Origin: a virus
Taxonomy: Duplodnaviria > Caudoviricetes
Length of the DNA: 58,832 bases
IMG/VR virus record: IMGVR_UViG_3300037606_000073
Span: 1-58,832 of that record
Strand: one strand, 5' to 3'
Both the position numbers and the translations under genes were made by a program. The notes below the pieces were generated by a model. That model saw only the letters and a list, made by a program, of their open reading frames with translations. It ran no database searches and was not told where the DNA came from. This document shows positions 16,867 to 25,958 of the stretch, piece by piece (position 1 is the stretch's first letter; each line of letters begins with the position of its first letter).

Positions 16867-17856
16867 ATGCGTGCTACATTACTGAAAGAAACACTCAAGT
16901 CGCTGGTCACGATTGGCCGGTCCACAGCTATCGAGGGGCCCCCGGGCGGGGGTAAGACCACCATCGTCCACGAGGTGGCCGAGGCTATGGGGCTGCCTGT
17001 CATGGAGCGGCACATGCCCACCATGCTGGTCGAGGACTTTGGGATACCGTATCCCACTGACGCTGGGTTCGAGTACAAGCTGCCCGATTGGTTCCCCCTC
17101 AAGGGCAAGGCTGGCACTGAGCGTGGTGGTATCCTGCTGTTTGACGACCGGAACCAAGCCAACGCTGATCTACAAAAGGTACTGGCCAACATCCAGCAAG
17201 CTCGGACCCTACATGGCAAGCCCTTGGCCGATGGGTGGACGGTGGTGTCAACTGGTAACAGGCAGTCCGACAGGGCTGGTGCCAACAGGGTTCTGTCACA
17301 CCTTCGTAACCGTGAGACCGTGCTGGAGTTCGAGACACACCTCGACGATAGCACCCAGTGGATGATCGACCACGACGTACACCCCATGGTCATTGCCTTC
17401 ACGCGGTTCCGACCCCACTTGCTGCATGACTTCGACCCACAGCGTGACGTCAACCCAACACCACGGTCATGGGTCGAGGGTGTCAGTGCAGTACTGGGCA
17501 ACGTGCCATCCGAGGCAGAGTACGAGTGCTTCAAGGGTGCCATTGGTGAGGGTGCCGCAGCTGAGTTTGTTGGGTTTGTGCGTATCTACCGTAAGCTGCC
17601 CAACCCCGATGCTATTCTCATCAACCCCGATACGGCAGAGGTACCGACTGACCCGGCCACACTCTACGCCTTGTCCGGTGCCTTGGCTGACCGTGCCACC
17701 GAGGCCAACTTGGAACGTGTTGTGACGTACACCAGCCGTATGCCAGCCGAGTTCTCGGTCCTCAGCATCTCCCATGCTGTCCGTAAGACACCCGATCTGG
17801 CCAACACGGCAGCCTTTACCAAGTGGGCAGTGAGCCACCAAGATGTCCTCTTTTAA
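16867..17856 (+). CDS. MoxR-like AAA+ ATPase
   Basis: Walker A GPPGGGKT, Walker B ILLFDD, TGNRQSDRAGA sensor region, PTPRSW motif. Confidence 0.9.
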   Translation: MRATLLKETLKSLVTIGRSTAIEGPPGGGKTTIVHEVAEAMGLPVMERHMPTMLVEDFGIPYPTDAGFEYKLPDWFPLKGKAGTERGGILLFDDRNQANADLQKVLANIQQARTLHGKPLADGWTVVSTGNRQSDRAGANRVLSHLRNRETVLEFETHLDDSTQWMIDHDVHPMVIAFTRFRPHLLHDFDPQRDVNPTPRSWVEGVSAVLGNVPSEAEYECFKGAIGEGAAAEFVGFVRIYRKLPNPDAILINPDTAEVPTDPATLYALSGALADRATEANLERVVTYTSRMPAEFSVLSISHAVRKTPDLANTAAFTKWAVSHQDVLF

Positions 17857-18097
17857 GCCCAAGAGGCCGACGTTTGTCCACTGGTTGCGTACCAGTGGAC
17901 AGATCGCTGACGCGGAACTCGACGGCCTCGCCGAGGAGTGGGTCAAGTACCGCAAAGAAGCCCCAAAGAATATAAACTTCACCACTGGCCCCACCACGTG
18001 GGACCAGTTCGTTGCCAGCAAATACCCGCGTAAAGTGCTGACCTACCAAGCGTATCTCCGACTGATCGGGGCTGCGCCAACCTTCAACAAGGACTGA
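17843..18097 (+). CDS. Hypothetical protein (84 aa)
   Basis: Fills the operon gap between ATPase and next gene. Confidence 0.55.
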   Translation: MSSFKPKRPTFVHWLRTSGQIADAELDGLAEEWVKYRKEAPKNINFTTGPTTWDQFVASKYPRKVLTYQAYLRLIGAAPTFNKD

Positions 18098-18101
18098 CAA
18101 C

Positions 18102-18965
18102 ATGAAACTCAACGACCGAGCAATCCTCGTACAACTCAGCATCTCCACATGGTCAGCCAACAAGCTGGACAAGGAGATCAGCACCGAGACAACCCGTGCC
18201 AAGGGCGCGATGTCCGGTTCGATCCGTAGTCACAAGAGCCTGCTGCCCATGTGTGACCTGCTGAACGACATCAAGTCCAAGGCCAGCCTTATCCGCAGCA
18301 AGTTCTACGAGAACACCCTACCTTGGGGTGTGAAGGGTATCCAAATCCTGCCGACTGCCAACTACCTCACCTTTATGACCGAGTTCCGCAAGGAACGCAG
18401 CGAGTATGAGTACCTTGTGCAGCAGTTTGCACCTGCCTACCCTCAGATGGTGCTCGACGCCAAGTACCTACTTGGGTCCAGCTACAAGGCCGAGGACTAC
18501 CCCGACGTCAGCGAGATCGCCGACAAGTTCAAGATGGATATGCAGATCATGCCTGTCCCCAACGACGACTTCCGGGTCAACATCGCCGACGAGGAACTGG
18601 GCCGCATACAGCAAGAGGTCCAAGCCCGTGTCAAACAGGCCGGGCAGCAGGCTATGCGAGACATATGGCAGCGGCTTTATGACAAGGTTACTCACATGGC
18701 AGACCGACTGTCCAAGCTGGACGACCCCAAGGCCCGCTTCCATGAGAGCACTCTGGAGCATGTGACTGACCTGTGTGAGTTACTGCCACGGCTCAACGTA
18801 ATGGACGACCCCAACCTTGAGGCCATGCGCCAAGAGGTCGAGGGCAAGCTGGCTGGACTGAGCAAGGACAGCGTGGTGTTAAGCACCACGTTCCGGCAGA
18901 CCAAGATCAACGAGGCCAACGATATCGCTGCCAAGATGGCCGCCTTCATGGGGGGACTGAAGTGA
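18102..18965 (+). CDS. DUF3150-like coiled-coil protein associated with the AAA/VWA module
   Basis: ILVQLSISTWSANKLD...TLPW...NVMDDPNLE motifs; located between MoxR and VWA genes. Confidence 0.65.
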   Translation: MKLNDRAILVQLSISTWSANKLDKEISTETTRAKGAMSGSIRSHKSLLPMCDLLNDIKSKASLIRSKFYENTLPWGVKGIQILPTANYLTFMTEFRKERSEYEYLVQQFAPAYPQMVLDAKYLLGSSYKAEDYPDVSEIADKFKMDMQIMPVPNDDFRVNIADEELGRIQQEVQARVKQAGQQAMRDIWQRLYDKVTHMADRLSKLDDPKARFHESTLEHVTDLCELLPRLNVMDDPNLEAMRQEVEGKLAGLSKDSVVLSTTFRQTKINEANDIAAKMAAFMGGLK

Positions 18966-19120
18966 CCAAATTCGACACAGAGTACGTCAAGGCCAGACTG
19001 AGGCAGGCAGTGGCCGCTGCCGGGCAGCCACACTACGGCTGCAATGTCACCGAGATCGACAACTTACACGAGGCCATAGACGTAGTGCGTGGACTCATTG
19101 AAGAACTGGAGAAAAACTGA
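18962..19120 (+). CDS. Small hypothetical protein (52 aa), absent from the ORF track
   Basis: GTGA and TGATG overlaps with neighbours; translates MTKFDTEYVKARLRQAV...EELEKN*. Confidence 0.6.
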   Translation: MTKFDTEYVKARLRQAVAAAGQPHYGCNVTEIDNLHEAIDVVRGLIEELEKN

Positions 19121-20238
19121 TGGACCTGATGAAACGACTGAGCAAGGCCAAGACCAGCCTGATCTTGGAACACCCCTTCATTGGAAGCGTGGCACTCAAC
19201 ATGCCCATGACGCTGAGCACCGATGTGCCCACCGCTGCGACCAACGGTAAACGTGTGCTGTACAACCCCGACTTCATCGAGCCACTGACTGACGATGAGC
19301 TCAAGTTCCTTGTGGCCCATGAGTGTCTTCACCCCATGCTGGAGCACAACTTCCGCCGTGGTTCTCGTGACCCCAAGAAGTGGAACAAGGCCGCCGACTA
19401 TGTCATCAACCAGCTACTTGTCGATGAGGGCATTGGCAGATTCATCGAGGGAGGCTGCCTAGACAAGAACATCTACACCAACGGCGGCGGTACAAGCGAC
19501 GGTATATACAACCTGTTACCAGACAGTGACGGTGATGGCGATGATGGCGACGACGATGGCCCCGGTGGACCCGGTAACGATCTGGAGGATGGGGGCGGTA
19601 GCCCAGCGGAGCAGGCTCAAGAGGCTGCCGAGTGGAAGATCAAGGTGGCCCAAGCGGCGCAGGCTGCCAAGATGATAGATAAACTGAGCGCCAACATGGC
19701 ACGGCTTGTTGACGAGGTACTCAGGCCCAAGGTTGACTGGCGCGACAGACTGCGGCAGTTCGTGCAGAAGGCCAAGACAGACCAGCGTACCTTTTCCAGA
19801 CCCAACCGTAGGTTCCTGTCCCAAGGGCTGTACATGCCGAGCATCACAGGCGAGGCGCTGGGTGAGATGGTGTTCGCCGTGGATATGTCAGGGTCTATTG
19901 GCCAAGACGAGGCCAACCAGTACGGCGCCGAGTGCCGCGTGGTGTACGAGGATGGCCGACCGCTCAAGCTGCATCTTGTGTTCTTCAGTCACGAGGTATG
20001 TGCTCACGATGCTATCGGTCGTGACGACGAGTTCGTGTTCAATCCCCGCGGTGGTGGTGGTACAGCGTTCAGCCCTGTGTTCAAGTACATCGAGGAGCAA
20101 GGCATCGAGCCTGCTGGCATCGTGTTCCTCACTGACCTGTACTGCCATGACTTTGGCGACGCACCTGCCTGCCCTGTGCTTTGGGTGACGACAGGCGCGA
20201 CAAGCGCGCCGTTCGGCGAAGTAGTGGGGATGGTATGA
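19120..20238 (+). CDS. DUF2201-like metallopeptidase-VWA domain protein
   Basis: HECLH (HEXXH), acidic Gly linker, MIDAS DMSGS, GGGGTAF and FLTD motifs. Confidence 0.85.
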   Translation: MDLMKRLSKAKTSLILEHPFIGSVALNMPMTLSTDVPTAATNGKRVLYNPDFIEPLTDDELKFLVAHECLHPMLEHNFRRGSRDPKKWNKAADYVINQLLVDEGIGRFIEGGCLDKNIYTNGGGTSDGIYNLLPDSDGDGDDGDDDGPGGPGNDLEDGGGSPAEQAQEAAEWKIKVAQAAQAAKMIDKLSANMARLVDEVLRPKVDWRDRLRQFVQKAKTDQRTFSRPNRRFLSQGLYMPSITGEALGEMVFAVDMSGSIGQDEANQYGAECRVVYEDGRPLKLHLVFFSHEVCAHDAIGRDDEFVFNPRGGGGTAFSPVFKYIEEQGIEPAGIVFLTDLYCHDFGDAPACPVLWVTTGATSAPFGEVVGMV

Positions 20239-20471
20239 CAACACTTACCCAGATCGGCAAGGCAAAACCAGACGAGCAACTGATTGAAATCTGCGAAAAA
20301 CTGCTGGAACGTGCGAAATCTGGCGAGCTTCGGTCCCTAGTCTACGGGGGCTCGCTCGCCAATGGTTCGTTCACCACGGGGTTTGATACCGCCGATACCT
20401 TGGAGGCCGTGGGCCTTATGACAATCGCAATCCATAACATTGCAGCCCTCAACCGCGATATTTCAGACTAA
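20235..20471 (+). CDS. Hypothetical protein (78 aa)
   Basis: ATGA overlap with the VWA gene. Confidence 0.65.
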   Translation: MTTLTQIGKAKPDEQLIEICEKLLERAKSGELRSLVYGGSLANGSFTTGFDTADTLEAVGLMTIAIHNIAALNRDISD

Positions 20472-20484
20472 GAAGGAGATGATG

Positions 20485-20817
20485 ATGACAACGAAATCTG
20501 ACATCTATGACAGCTTCGACCGCATGATCGTACTGTGCAACGAAAAGGTTAGGCTAATGATTGAGCTCAAGAAAGGACTGCGAATGGCAGACCTCTTGGG
20601 CATGAAACCAAAAGACATCAAGGGTAAGATGCGCGCCCGTGTGATCGCAGCAAGTAACTCTGGATATGAACCTAGACCTTGGCGTGGTGCACAGTACACG
20701 TTGCAGATAGACGATGGACCGGTACACAAATTCCCGTTGATCGACGTGCACAAAGACTTGTGGCCAGCCGACATGCTTGCAGCCCACGCACGGTGGGAGA
20801 AAAGAGGTAACAAATGA
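20485..20817 (+). CDS. Hypothetical protein (~110 aa)
   Basis: AAGGAG RBS. Confidence 0.7.
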   Translation: MTTKSDIYDSFDRMIVLCNEKVRLMIELKKGLRMADLLGMKPKDIKGKMRARVIAASNSGYEPRPWRGAQYTLQIDDGPVHKFPLIDVHKDLWPADMLAAHARWEKRGNK

Positions 20818-20954
20818 GATATGAAAACAGAGAAAAACTAATAGAAAAGTACAGATACACTAACGTCGAGGACTACCAGTGGTGGGACTGTGTATACGCC
20901 GACTTCGCGGAGGACATGCGGGGCTGTCGTCCACCCTACAGAGGAGCAGACTGA
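20814..20954 (+). pseudogene. Truncated 5' duplicate of the 21430..22020 gene
   Basis: MRYENREKLIEKYRYTNVEDYQWWDCVYADFAEDMR... versus MVKSEHRNALLEKYRCINVEYDKWWDCVYADFKEDMR...; diverges and stops after 46 aa. Confidence 0.8.
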
Positions 20955-20958
20955 CCGA

Positions 20959-21192
20959 ATGACCAACAGACCAACAAACCTTGAGCCAGCGGTCGGGAGG
21001 CTGCTGGTCACAGCCGAAGGCTACACATGGGTAATTACGGTGGTCCACCCCGACGGGGCGCTTGATCTGCATGATCCGTCCCCCACAGCCTACGAGGAGC
21101 GCAACGCAGCCGTCCACACGGGGGACTGGATCGCCGCTGATATGGACACGCTGCGGGCCTATGCCCGCCTAACAGGGCTGGAATTACGATGA
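20959..21192 (+). CDS. Hypothetical protein (77 aa), inserted cargo
   Basis: GAGGAG RBS before ATG 20959. Confidence 0.6.
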   Translation: MTNRPTNLEPAVGRLLVTAEGYTWVITVVHPDGALDLHDPSPTAYEERNAAVHTGDWIAADMDTLRAYARLTGLELR

Positions 21193-21482
21193 TGAACACA
21201 CTCATACTGATGGCGGCCATACTGATCGCCACTTTCTGGGTTGGCTTCCAGCAACGGACGCTGACTACAACACTCAAGCGGTTGGAGAAAGTGGAGAGGC
21301 GGCTGCACTCAGCCAAGTTGACACTGACCAGCACTAAGCAAACCAACGAGGAACTCATGGCTGAGTCCATGTCCCTCAAAGCAGTACTATCGGACGTAGC
21401 AAAGGGAGAAGCACATGTCTGGATTGAAGATGGTGAAGTCAGAGCACAGAAACGCGCTACTGGAGAAATACAGATGCATTAA
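21189..21482 (+). CDS. Membrane-anchored coiled-coil protein (97 aa), inserted cargo
   Basis: N-terminal hydrophobic helix; ATGA coupling. Confidence 0.6.
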   Translation: MMNTLILMAAILIATFWVGFQQRTLTTTLKRLEKVERRLHSAKLTLTSTKQTNEELMAESMSLKAVLSDVAKGEAHVWIEDGEVRAQKRATGEIQMH

Positions 21483-22020
21483 CGTCGAGTACGACAAGTG
21501 GTGGGACTGCGTGTACGCAGACTTCAAGGAGGACATGCGAGAGGTTGGTATCTGTGTAGATCGTATGCACTTCAGCGGGTTCGGGTCACAGGGCGACGGG
21601 GCCGGTTTCGAGGGATCATTCGACAACCTGCGGACCTACCTCGACCATCACCACAAGGATCAGTACCCCATGATCCGCAAGCTGCTGGCGTCAGACGGTT
21701 ACGTCTACGTCACGAGCCGTGGGATGTACTGTCACGCGAACAGTATGGTGTTCAGCATCGAGCACGACACGTTCTACCGGCTGATCGAATGTCCGACGGA
21801 GTTCCAAGAGAAGATCGTGGACGCATGGGACAGGCAGCTGGAGGACGAGGCTAGTGACTTCGAGAAGGACGTGATCGAGCAGTGGCGATCCTACATGCAA
21901 GACCTCTACCGCAAGCTGAAGGAGGAGTATTACTACCTGACCAGTGACGAGGCGGTGTGGGAGGCCATTGTGGCCAATGAGTTAGACATGGATGGGGAGG
22001 ACTTAGATGACGCTGCCTAA
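21430..22020 (+). CDS. Conserved acidic phage/MGE protein (FSGFGSQGDGA family)
   Basis: WWDCVYADF, FSGFGSQGDGAGF and EYYYLTSDEAV motifs; function unknown. Confidence 0.75.
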   Translation: MVKSEHRNALLEKYRCINVEYDKWWDCVYADFKEDMREVGICVDRMHFSGFGSQGDGAGFEGSFDNLRTYLDHHHKDQYPMIRKLLASDGYVYVTSRGMYCHANSMVFSIEHDTFYRLIECPTEFQEKIVDAWDRQLEDEASDFEKDVIEQWRSYMQDLYRKLKEEYYYLTSDEAVWEAIVANELDMDGEDLDDAA

Positions 22021-22264
22021 GATATTGGCGAGGTGTGACTGGTGCCAAGAGAACGCACCTGAGGTTGCCGGACACCGACCTGAGGAGGTGGCATGGGGTG
22101 AGAGCAGCCAACAGTGGCTGTGTAACGACTGCTGGGCGGAGCGGGAGAACGTGCATGATGAGGACATAACCCCCATGGTGTGGGCCAGTGACGTACTGCT
22201 GGACGATGCCGCGCAGGCGGACCGGCTTGTCGTTGCCGCTGCCCGACGGCGCATTTTAACTTGA
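22007..22264 (+). CDS. Small zinc-finger-like protein
   Basis: CDWC...WLCNDC; GGGGAGG RBS. Confidence 0.65.
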   Translation: MTLPKILARCDWCQENAPEVAGHRPEEVAWGESSQQWLCNDCWAERENVHDEDITPMVWASDVLLDDAAQADRLVVAAARRRILT

Positions 22265-22314
22265 CATACTATACAAACTAAACCACTTATGTAACCTCAA
22301 TACGGGAGACTATC

Positions 22315-22764
22315 ATGCCAAAACCAAAGATTACCTTCGCCCCCACCCCATGGGATGGGGAAGAAGAACGCACATGGGGGTACCTTGTGAAGAACAAGTT
22401 TGCCACAGCGAAACAGGTGGCCCTCAACTGCGATGTACCCGAGCCGTTCGCACAAGGCCTGATCGACAAGATCGGCACACCCAAAGAAGTATTTGTAAAA
22501 GAAGCAGAGGAACAGACTATGGTTAAGTTCAAGTCGAAGCGCATCCCCACACTGGACACACAGGTCGGCGGTAGCCACTACGAGAACATGAAGGTCCAGC
22601 CTTGGGCGGCCATGGAAGCATGGATGACACCTGAGGAGTACCGTGGGTACCACAAGGGCGTGGCCATTGCGTACCTCGCGCGTGCGAATGGCGAGGGCGG
22701 CATAGGGGATATCAAGAAGGCGGCCCACCACCTACAGCACCTGATATCAGTGTTCCAAGAGTAA
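22315..22764 (+). CDS. DUF3310 (SaV-like) domain protein
   Basis: QVGGSHY...YHKGVAIAYLAR...DIKKAAHHL. Confidence 0.75.
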   Translation: MPKPKITFAPTPWDGEEERTWGYLVKNKFATAKQVALNCDVPEPFAQGLIDKIGTPKEVFVKEAEEQTMVKFKSKRIPTLDTQVGGSHYENMKVQPWAAMEAWMTPEEYRGYHKGVAIAYLARANGEGGIGDIKKAAHHLQHLISVFQE

Positions 22765-22801
22765 GCCCCAAGTCCATACCAACTAAATAAGGAGAAAGCA
22801 A

Positions 22802-23272
22802 ATGCCTACAGCAAGCGTGTTCTGCGTACATATTCTTAATACGGGTTCCGCGTTCGGGGCCCGCACGGACAACGGCGAGCAGGTGTTTATCCCCCCGACC
22901 GTGGCGCGATCTGCCAAACTCGCCGTCGGTGAGACCGTGGAGACTGACCTAATACCAAACGTGCACCATACCGACCAAGGGGTTTTATCGGTTAAAACCC
23001 CTTGGTTCGCCACGCACGTCGTCCGCACTATGGGCACCGATCTGGATAGCAAAGCGTACAGTATCATCGTCGATACACCAACCTACCTGACGACGGCGGA
23101 GCTCGCAGCGGAGCTCAACGTGAGTGCCAGTGAGGCAAACGCTACACTCAACAGGTTGTTCAAAGCAGGGCGTATATCCAAGGCAGATGTGATTGGTAAG
23201 TACGGCCAGCCACGGCCATCGTTCTGCCTATGGGCGGCAGCCACCAGCTGTTTCATAGCAACCGAGGAGTAA
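22802..23272 (+). CDS. Cold-shock/OB-like plus winged-helix protein
   Basis: GSAFGARTDNGEQVFIPP followed by LTTAELAAELNVSASEANATLNRLFKAGRI. Confidence 0.6.
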   Translation: MPTASVFCVHILNTGSAFGARTDNGEQVFIPPTVARSAKLAVGETVETDLIPNVHHTDQGVLSVKTPWFATHVVRTMGTDLDSKAYSIIVDTPTYLTTAELAAELNVSASEANATLNRLFKAGRISKADVIGKYGQPRPSFCLWAAATSCFIATEE

Positions 23273-23275
23273 AAC

Positions 23276-23569
23276 ATGGAGAATCCCGACTACGTAGGGC
23301 TGGGCCGCGTCTTGGGCGCAGCCTACAACCAAGCGGCCGCAGGCAAAGGCAAGGAGCGCCACGCCAACGGCCAACCCTTTGGCCGCCAACCCATCATGGA
23401 GATCAGCCGTATGGTGGGGCCCGGGTACGCCCTCGGCCAAGCCATGAAGAAAGCACAGGAAGCCTCGGGCATGCTGGGCCGTAAGGAACCCGCCCGCGCA
23501 CAGGCCGAGCTGCTCGGGGCGATCACCTACCTCGCAGCGTGCTACCTGCTTATTGAGGAGACAAACTGA
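23276..23569 (+). CDS. Conserved phage hypothetical protein (GKGKERHA family)
   Basis: GAGGAG RBS; recognisable motif. Confidence 0.7.
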   Translation: MENPDYVGLGRVLGAAYNQAAAGKGKERHANGQPFGRQPIMEISRMVGPGYALGQAMKKAQEASGMLGRKEPARAQAELLGAITYLAACYLLIEETN

Positions 23570-24102
23570 TGCATATCATGCTTGACCTAGAGACCATGGG
23601 CACCCGCCCGGATGCCCCAATCGTGGCTATTGGTGCCGTGGCGTTTAACGCCATGGGCGTGACTGACGAGACGTTCTACCGCGTTGTGTCCCTTCACAGC
23701 GCCGTGCGCTTCGGCGCTGTCATTGACCCCAGCACTGTCATGTGGTGGCTGCAGCAAGGAGACAGTGCGCGCAACGCACTGACCGAAGCCCAAGACGAAG
23801 CCATTGGACTTGACGTGGCTTTGCGCGACTTCATGCAGTTTGTATGCGCCTACGGCGACAGCCTAAAAGGCGTATGGGGTAACGGGGCGCCTTTCGACAA
23901 CGTATTGATGCACGAGTCGGGGAAGCGATGCGACGTGCCGATGTGGGAGATCTGGAAAGACAAGTGCTACCGCACTACTAAAGGCATGTATCCTGACGTG
24001 AAGATGGAGCGTAGCGGCACCCACCACAACGCGCTGGACGATGCCCGCTCGCAGGCAGAGCACTTGATCGCGATCAGTGCCAAGCATGGCGAGTTCCTGT
24101 GA
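23569..24102 (+). CDS. DEDDh 3'-5' exonuclease (DUF5051/ExoVIII-like)
   Basis: IMLDLETMG, WGNGAPFD, HHNALDDA. Confidence 0.9.
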   Translation: MHIMLDLETMGTRPDAPIVAIGAVAFNAMGVTDETFYRVVSLHSAVRFGAVIDPSTVMWWLQQGDSARNALTEAQDEAIGLDVALRDFMQFVCAYGDSLKGVWGNGAPFDNVLMHESGKRCDVPMWEIWKDKCYRTTKGMYPDVKMERSGTHHNALDDARSQAEHLIAISAKHGEFL

Positions 24103-25958
24103 TAGACATCATCACCATCGACTTCGAGACCTACTACGCCAATGACTACGGCCTCTCCAAGATGACGACCGAGGCGTACATCCGTGACCCCCGCTTCGAG
24201 ATCATCGGTGTAGGGATCAAGGTCAACGACGACGAGACTGACTGGTACTCCGGCGCTGACGCGCCGGGGTTCCTCAACGCTATCGACTACACGAACGCGG
24301 CGATCCTGTGCCACAACACCGCCTTCGACGGGGCGATCCTGTCTTGGCACTGTGGTATCAAGCCCAAGCTGTGGCTCGACACGCTGAGCATGGCGCGACC
24401 CCTGCACTCCATGACTGTGGGCGGCAGTCTCAAGGCGTTGGCTACTTACTACGAGCTGGGTACAAAGGGTGACGAGGTGGTGCGTGCTATAGGTATGCAG
24501 CGGCGGGACTTCACACCCGAGCAGATGCGGGCCTACGCTGACTACTGCGTGCAAGACGTTGACCTTACGTACAAGCTGTTCAAAAAGCTGATGCGACAGT
24601 TCCCCAAGGAGGAGTTGCTGGTCATCGACCAGACCATCCGGATGTACACCGAGCCCCAGTTTGAGCTGGACACGGATGCGCTGGAACACCACCTCTACGT
24701 TGTCCACGAGCGCAAGGCCAAGCTGCTGGAGAAGCTGGGTGGCGAGGAGCGGGCCAAGAAGTTCCTCATGTCCAACCAGAAGTTTGCTGGCCTGCTGCAA
24801 GCTATGGGTGTACATGCTCCCATGAAGGTCAGCCTCACCACGGGCAAGCCGACCTACGCCTTTTCTAAGACCGACACGGTGTTCACGGAGTTGCTTGAAC
24901 ACCCTAAGGCGGCGGTACGCGCCGTCGTCGAGGCACGACTGGGTACTAGGAGTACCCTAGAGGAGACCCGCACCCAACGGTTCCTTGATATAGCGGGGCG
25001 GGGGCGCCTCCCCATCATGCTCAACTACTACGGTGCCCACACTGGGCGGTTCAGCGGCGGCGACAAGGTAAACCTGCAGAACCTACCGCGAGGCGGTGCG
25101 CTGCGCCGTGCACTGGTGGCCCCTACAGGTAAGTGCGTGGTGGCATGTGACTCCAGCCAGATCGAAGCACGACTGGTGGCATACCTTGCTGGGCAGAACG
25201 ATCTCGTGCAGTCCTTCCGCGAGGGGCGCGACGTGTACTCTGAGTTTGCCACCGATGTGTACGGTCGGCCCGTCAGCAAGGGTGAAAAGGTGGAGCGGCA
25301 CGTGGGGAAGACGGGTATCCTTGGGCTTGGCTACGGCATGGGCCCACTGAAGTTTATGCACTCGCTGGCCACGAGTTTCATCCCGGTGCAGATGGAGGAG
25401 AACGAGGCGCAGAAGATTGTCGCGTTATACCGAAACAAATACCACCGCATCCAATCCTTCTGGAACCGGTGCAACCAAGAGCTCACCGGTATGGTGGCAG
25501 GCGCGAGCGGTGAGCTCTGCGATATTATATCCTACGATAGCGAGGGTATCGTTCTACCCAATGGGTTGCGCCTTAGATACCCCGCCCTGCGCCGTGTTGC
25601 CCATGGGTTCGAGTACATTAACGACGCAAGGGCGTATCGAAAGTTTCTCGAAGCCCGCGTCATGGGTCACGATACCCCCCCACTAACGTGGAAGCGCATA
25701 TACGGAGCGTCCTGCGTGGAGAATATCACCCAAGCTGTTGCACGCATCGTTGTGTCCGAGCAGATGGTTAAGGTCGGACGGCGCTACCCCGTCGCCCTGC
25801 AAGTACACGACGAGATCGTCTGCGTAGTGGACGAGAAAGACGCAGATGACTGCAAAGCGTTTATGATGAGCGTCATGTCCACCCCGCCCGAGTGGGCACC
25901 GGACTTACCTGTCGCCTGCGAAGCAGACATCGGCCCCAACTACGGAGATGCCAAATGA
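24099..25958 (+). CDS. polA: Family A DNA polymerase with 3'-5' exonuclease domain
   Basis: DFET and HNTAFD exonuclease motifs; HTGRFSG, NLQNLP, motif A DSSQIEAR, motif B RHVGKTGILGLGYG, motif C VHDEIV. Confidence 0.95.
   Translation: MIDIITIDFETYYANDYGLSKMTTEAYIRDPRFEIIGVGIKVNDDETDWYSGADAPGFLNAIDYTNAAILCHNTAFDGAILSWHCGIKPKLWLDTLSMARPLHSMTVGGSLKALATYYELGTKGDEVVRAIGMQRRDFTPEQMRAYADYCVQDVDLTYKLFKKLMRQFPKEELLVIDQTIRMYTEPQFELDTDALEHHLYVVHERKAKLLEKLGGEERAKKFLMSNQKFAGLLQAMGVHAPMKVSLTTGKPTYAFSKTDTVFTELLEHPKAAVRAVVEARLGTRSTLEETRTQRFLDIAGRGRLPIMLNYYGAHTGRFSGGDKVNLQNLPRGGALRRALVAPTGKCVVACDSSQIEARLVAYLAGQNDLVQSFREGRDVYSEFATDVYGRPVSKGEKVERHVGKTGILGLGYGMGPLKFMHSLATSFIPVQMEENEAQKIVALYRNKYHRIQSFWNRCNQELTGMVAGASGELCDIISYDSEGIVLPNGLRLRYPALRRVAHGFEYINDARAYRKFLEARVMGHDTPPLTWKRIYGASCVENITQAVARIVVSEQMVKVGRRYPVALQVHDEIVCVVDEKDADDCKAFMMSVMSTPPEWAPDLPVACEADIGPNYGDAK

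Noticed and set aside
19127-19140. Other CTGATGA matches (about 19127, 27595, 43284) as further hammerheads
   Set aside because: They lie inside coding sequence and I found no flanking stems or correctly placed GAAA and NUH.
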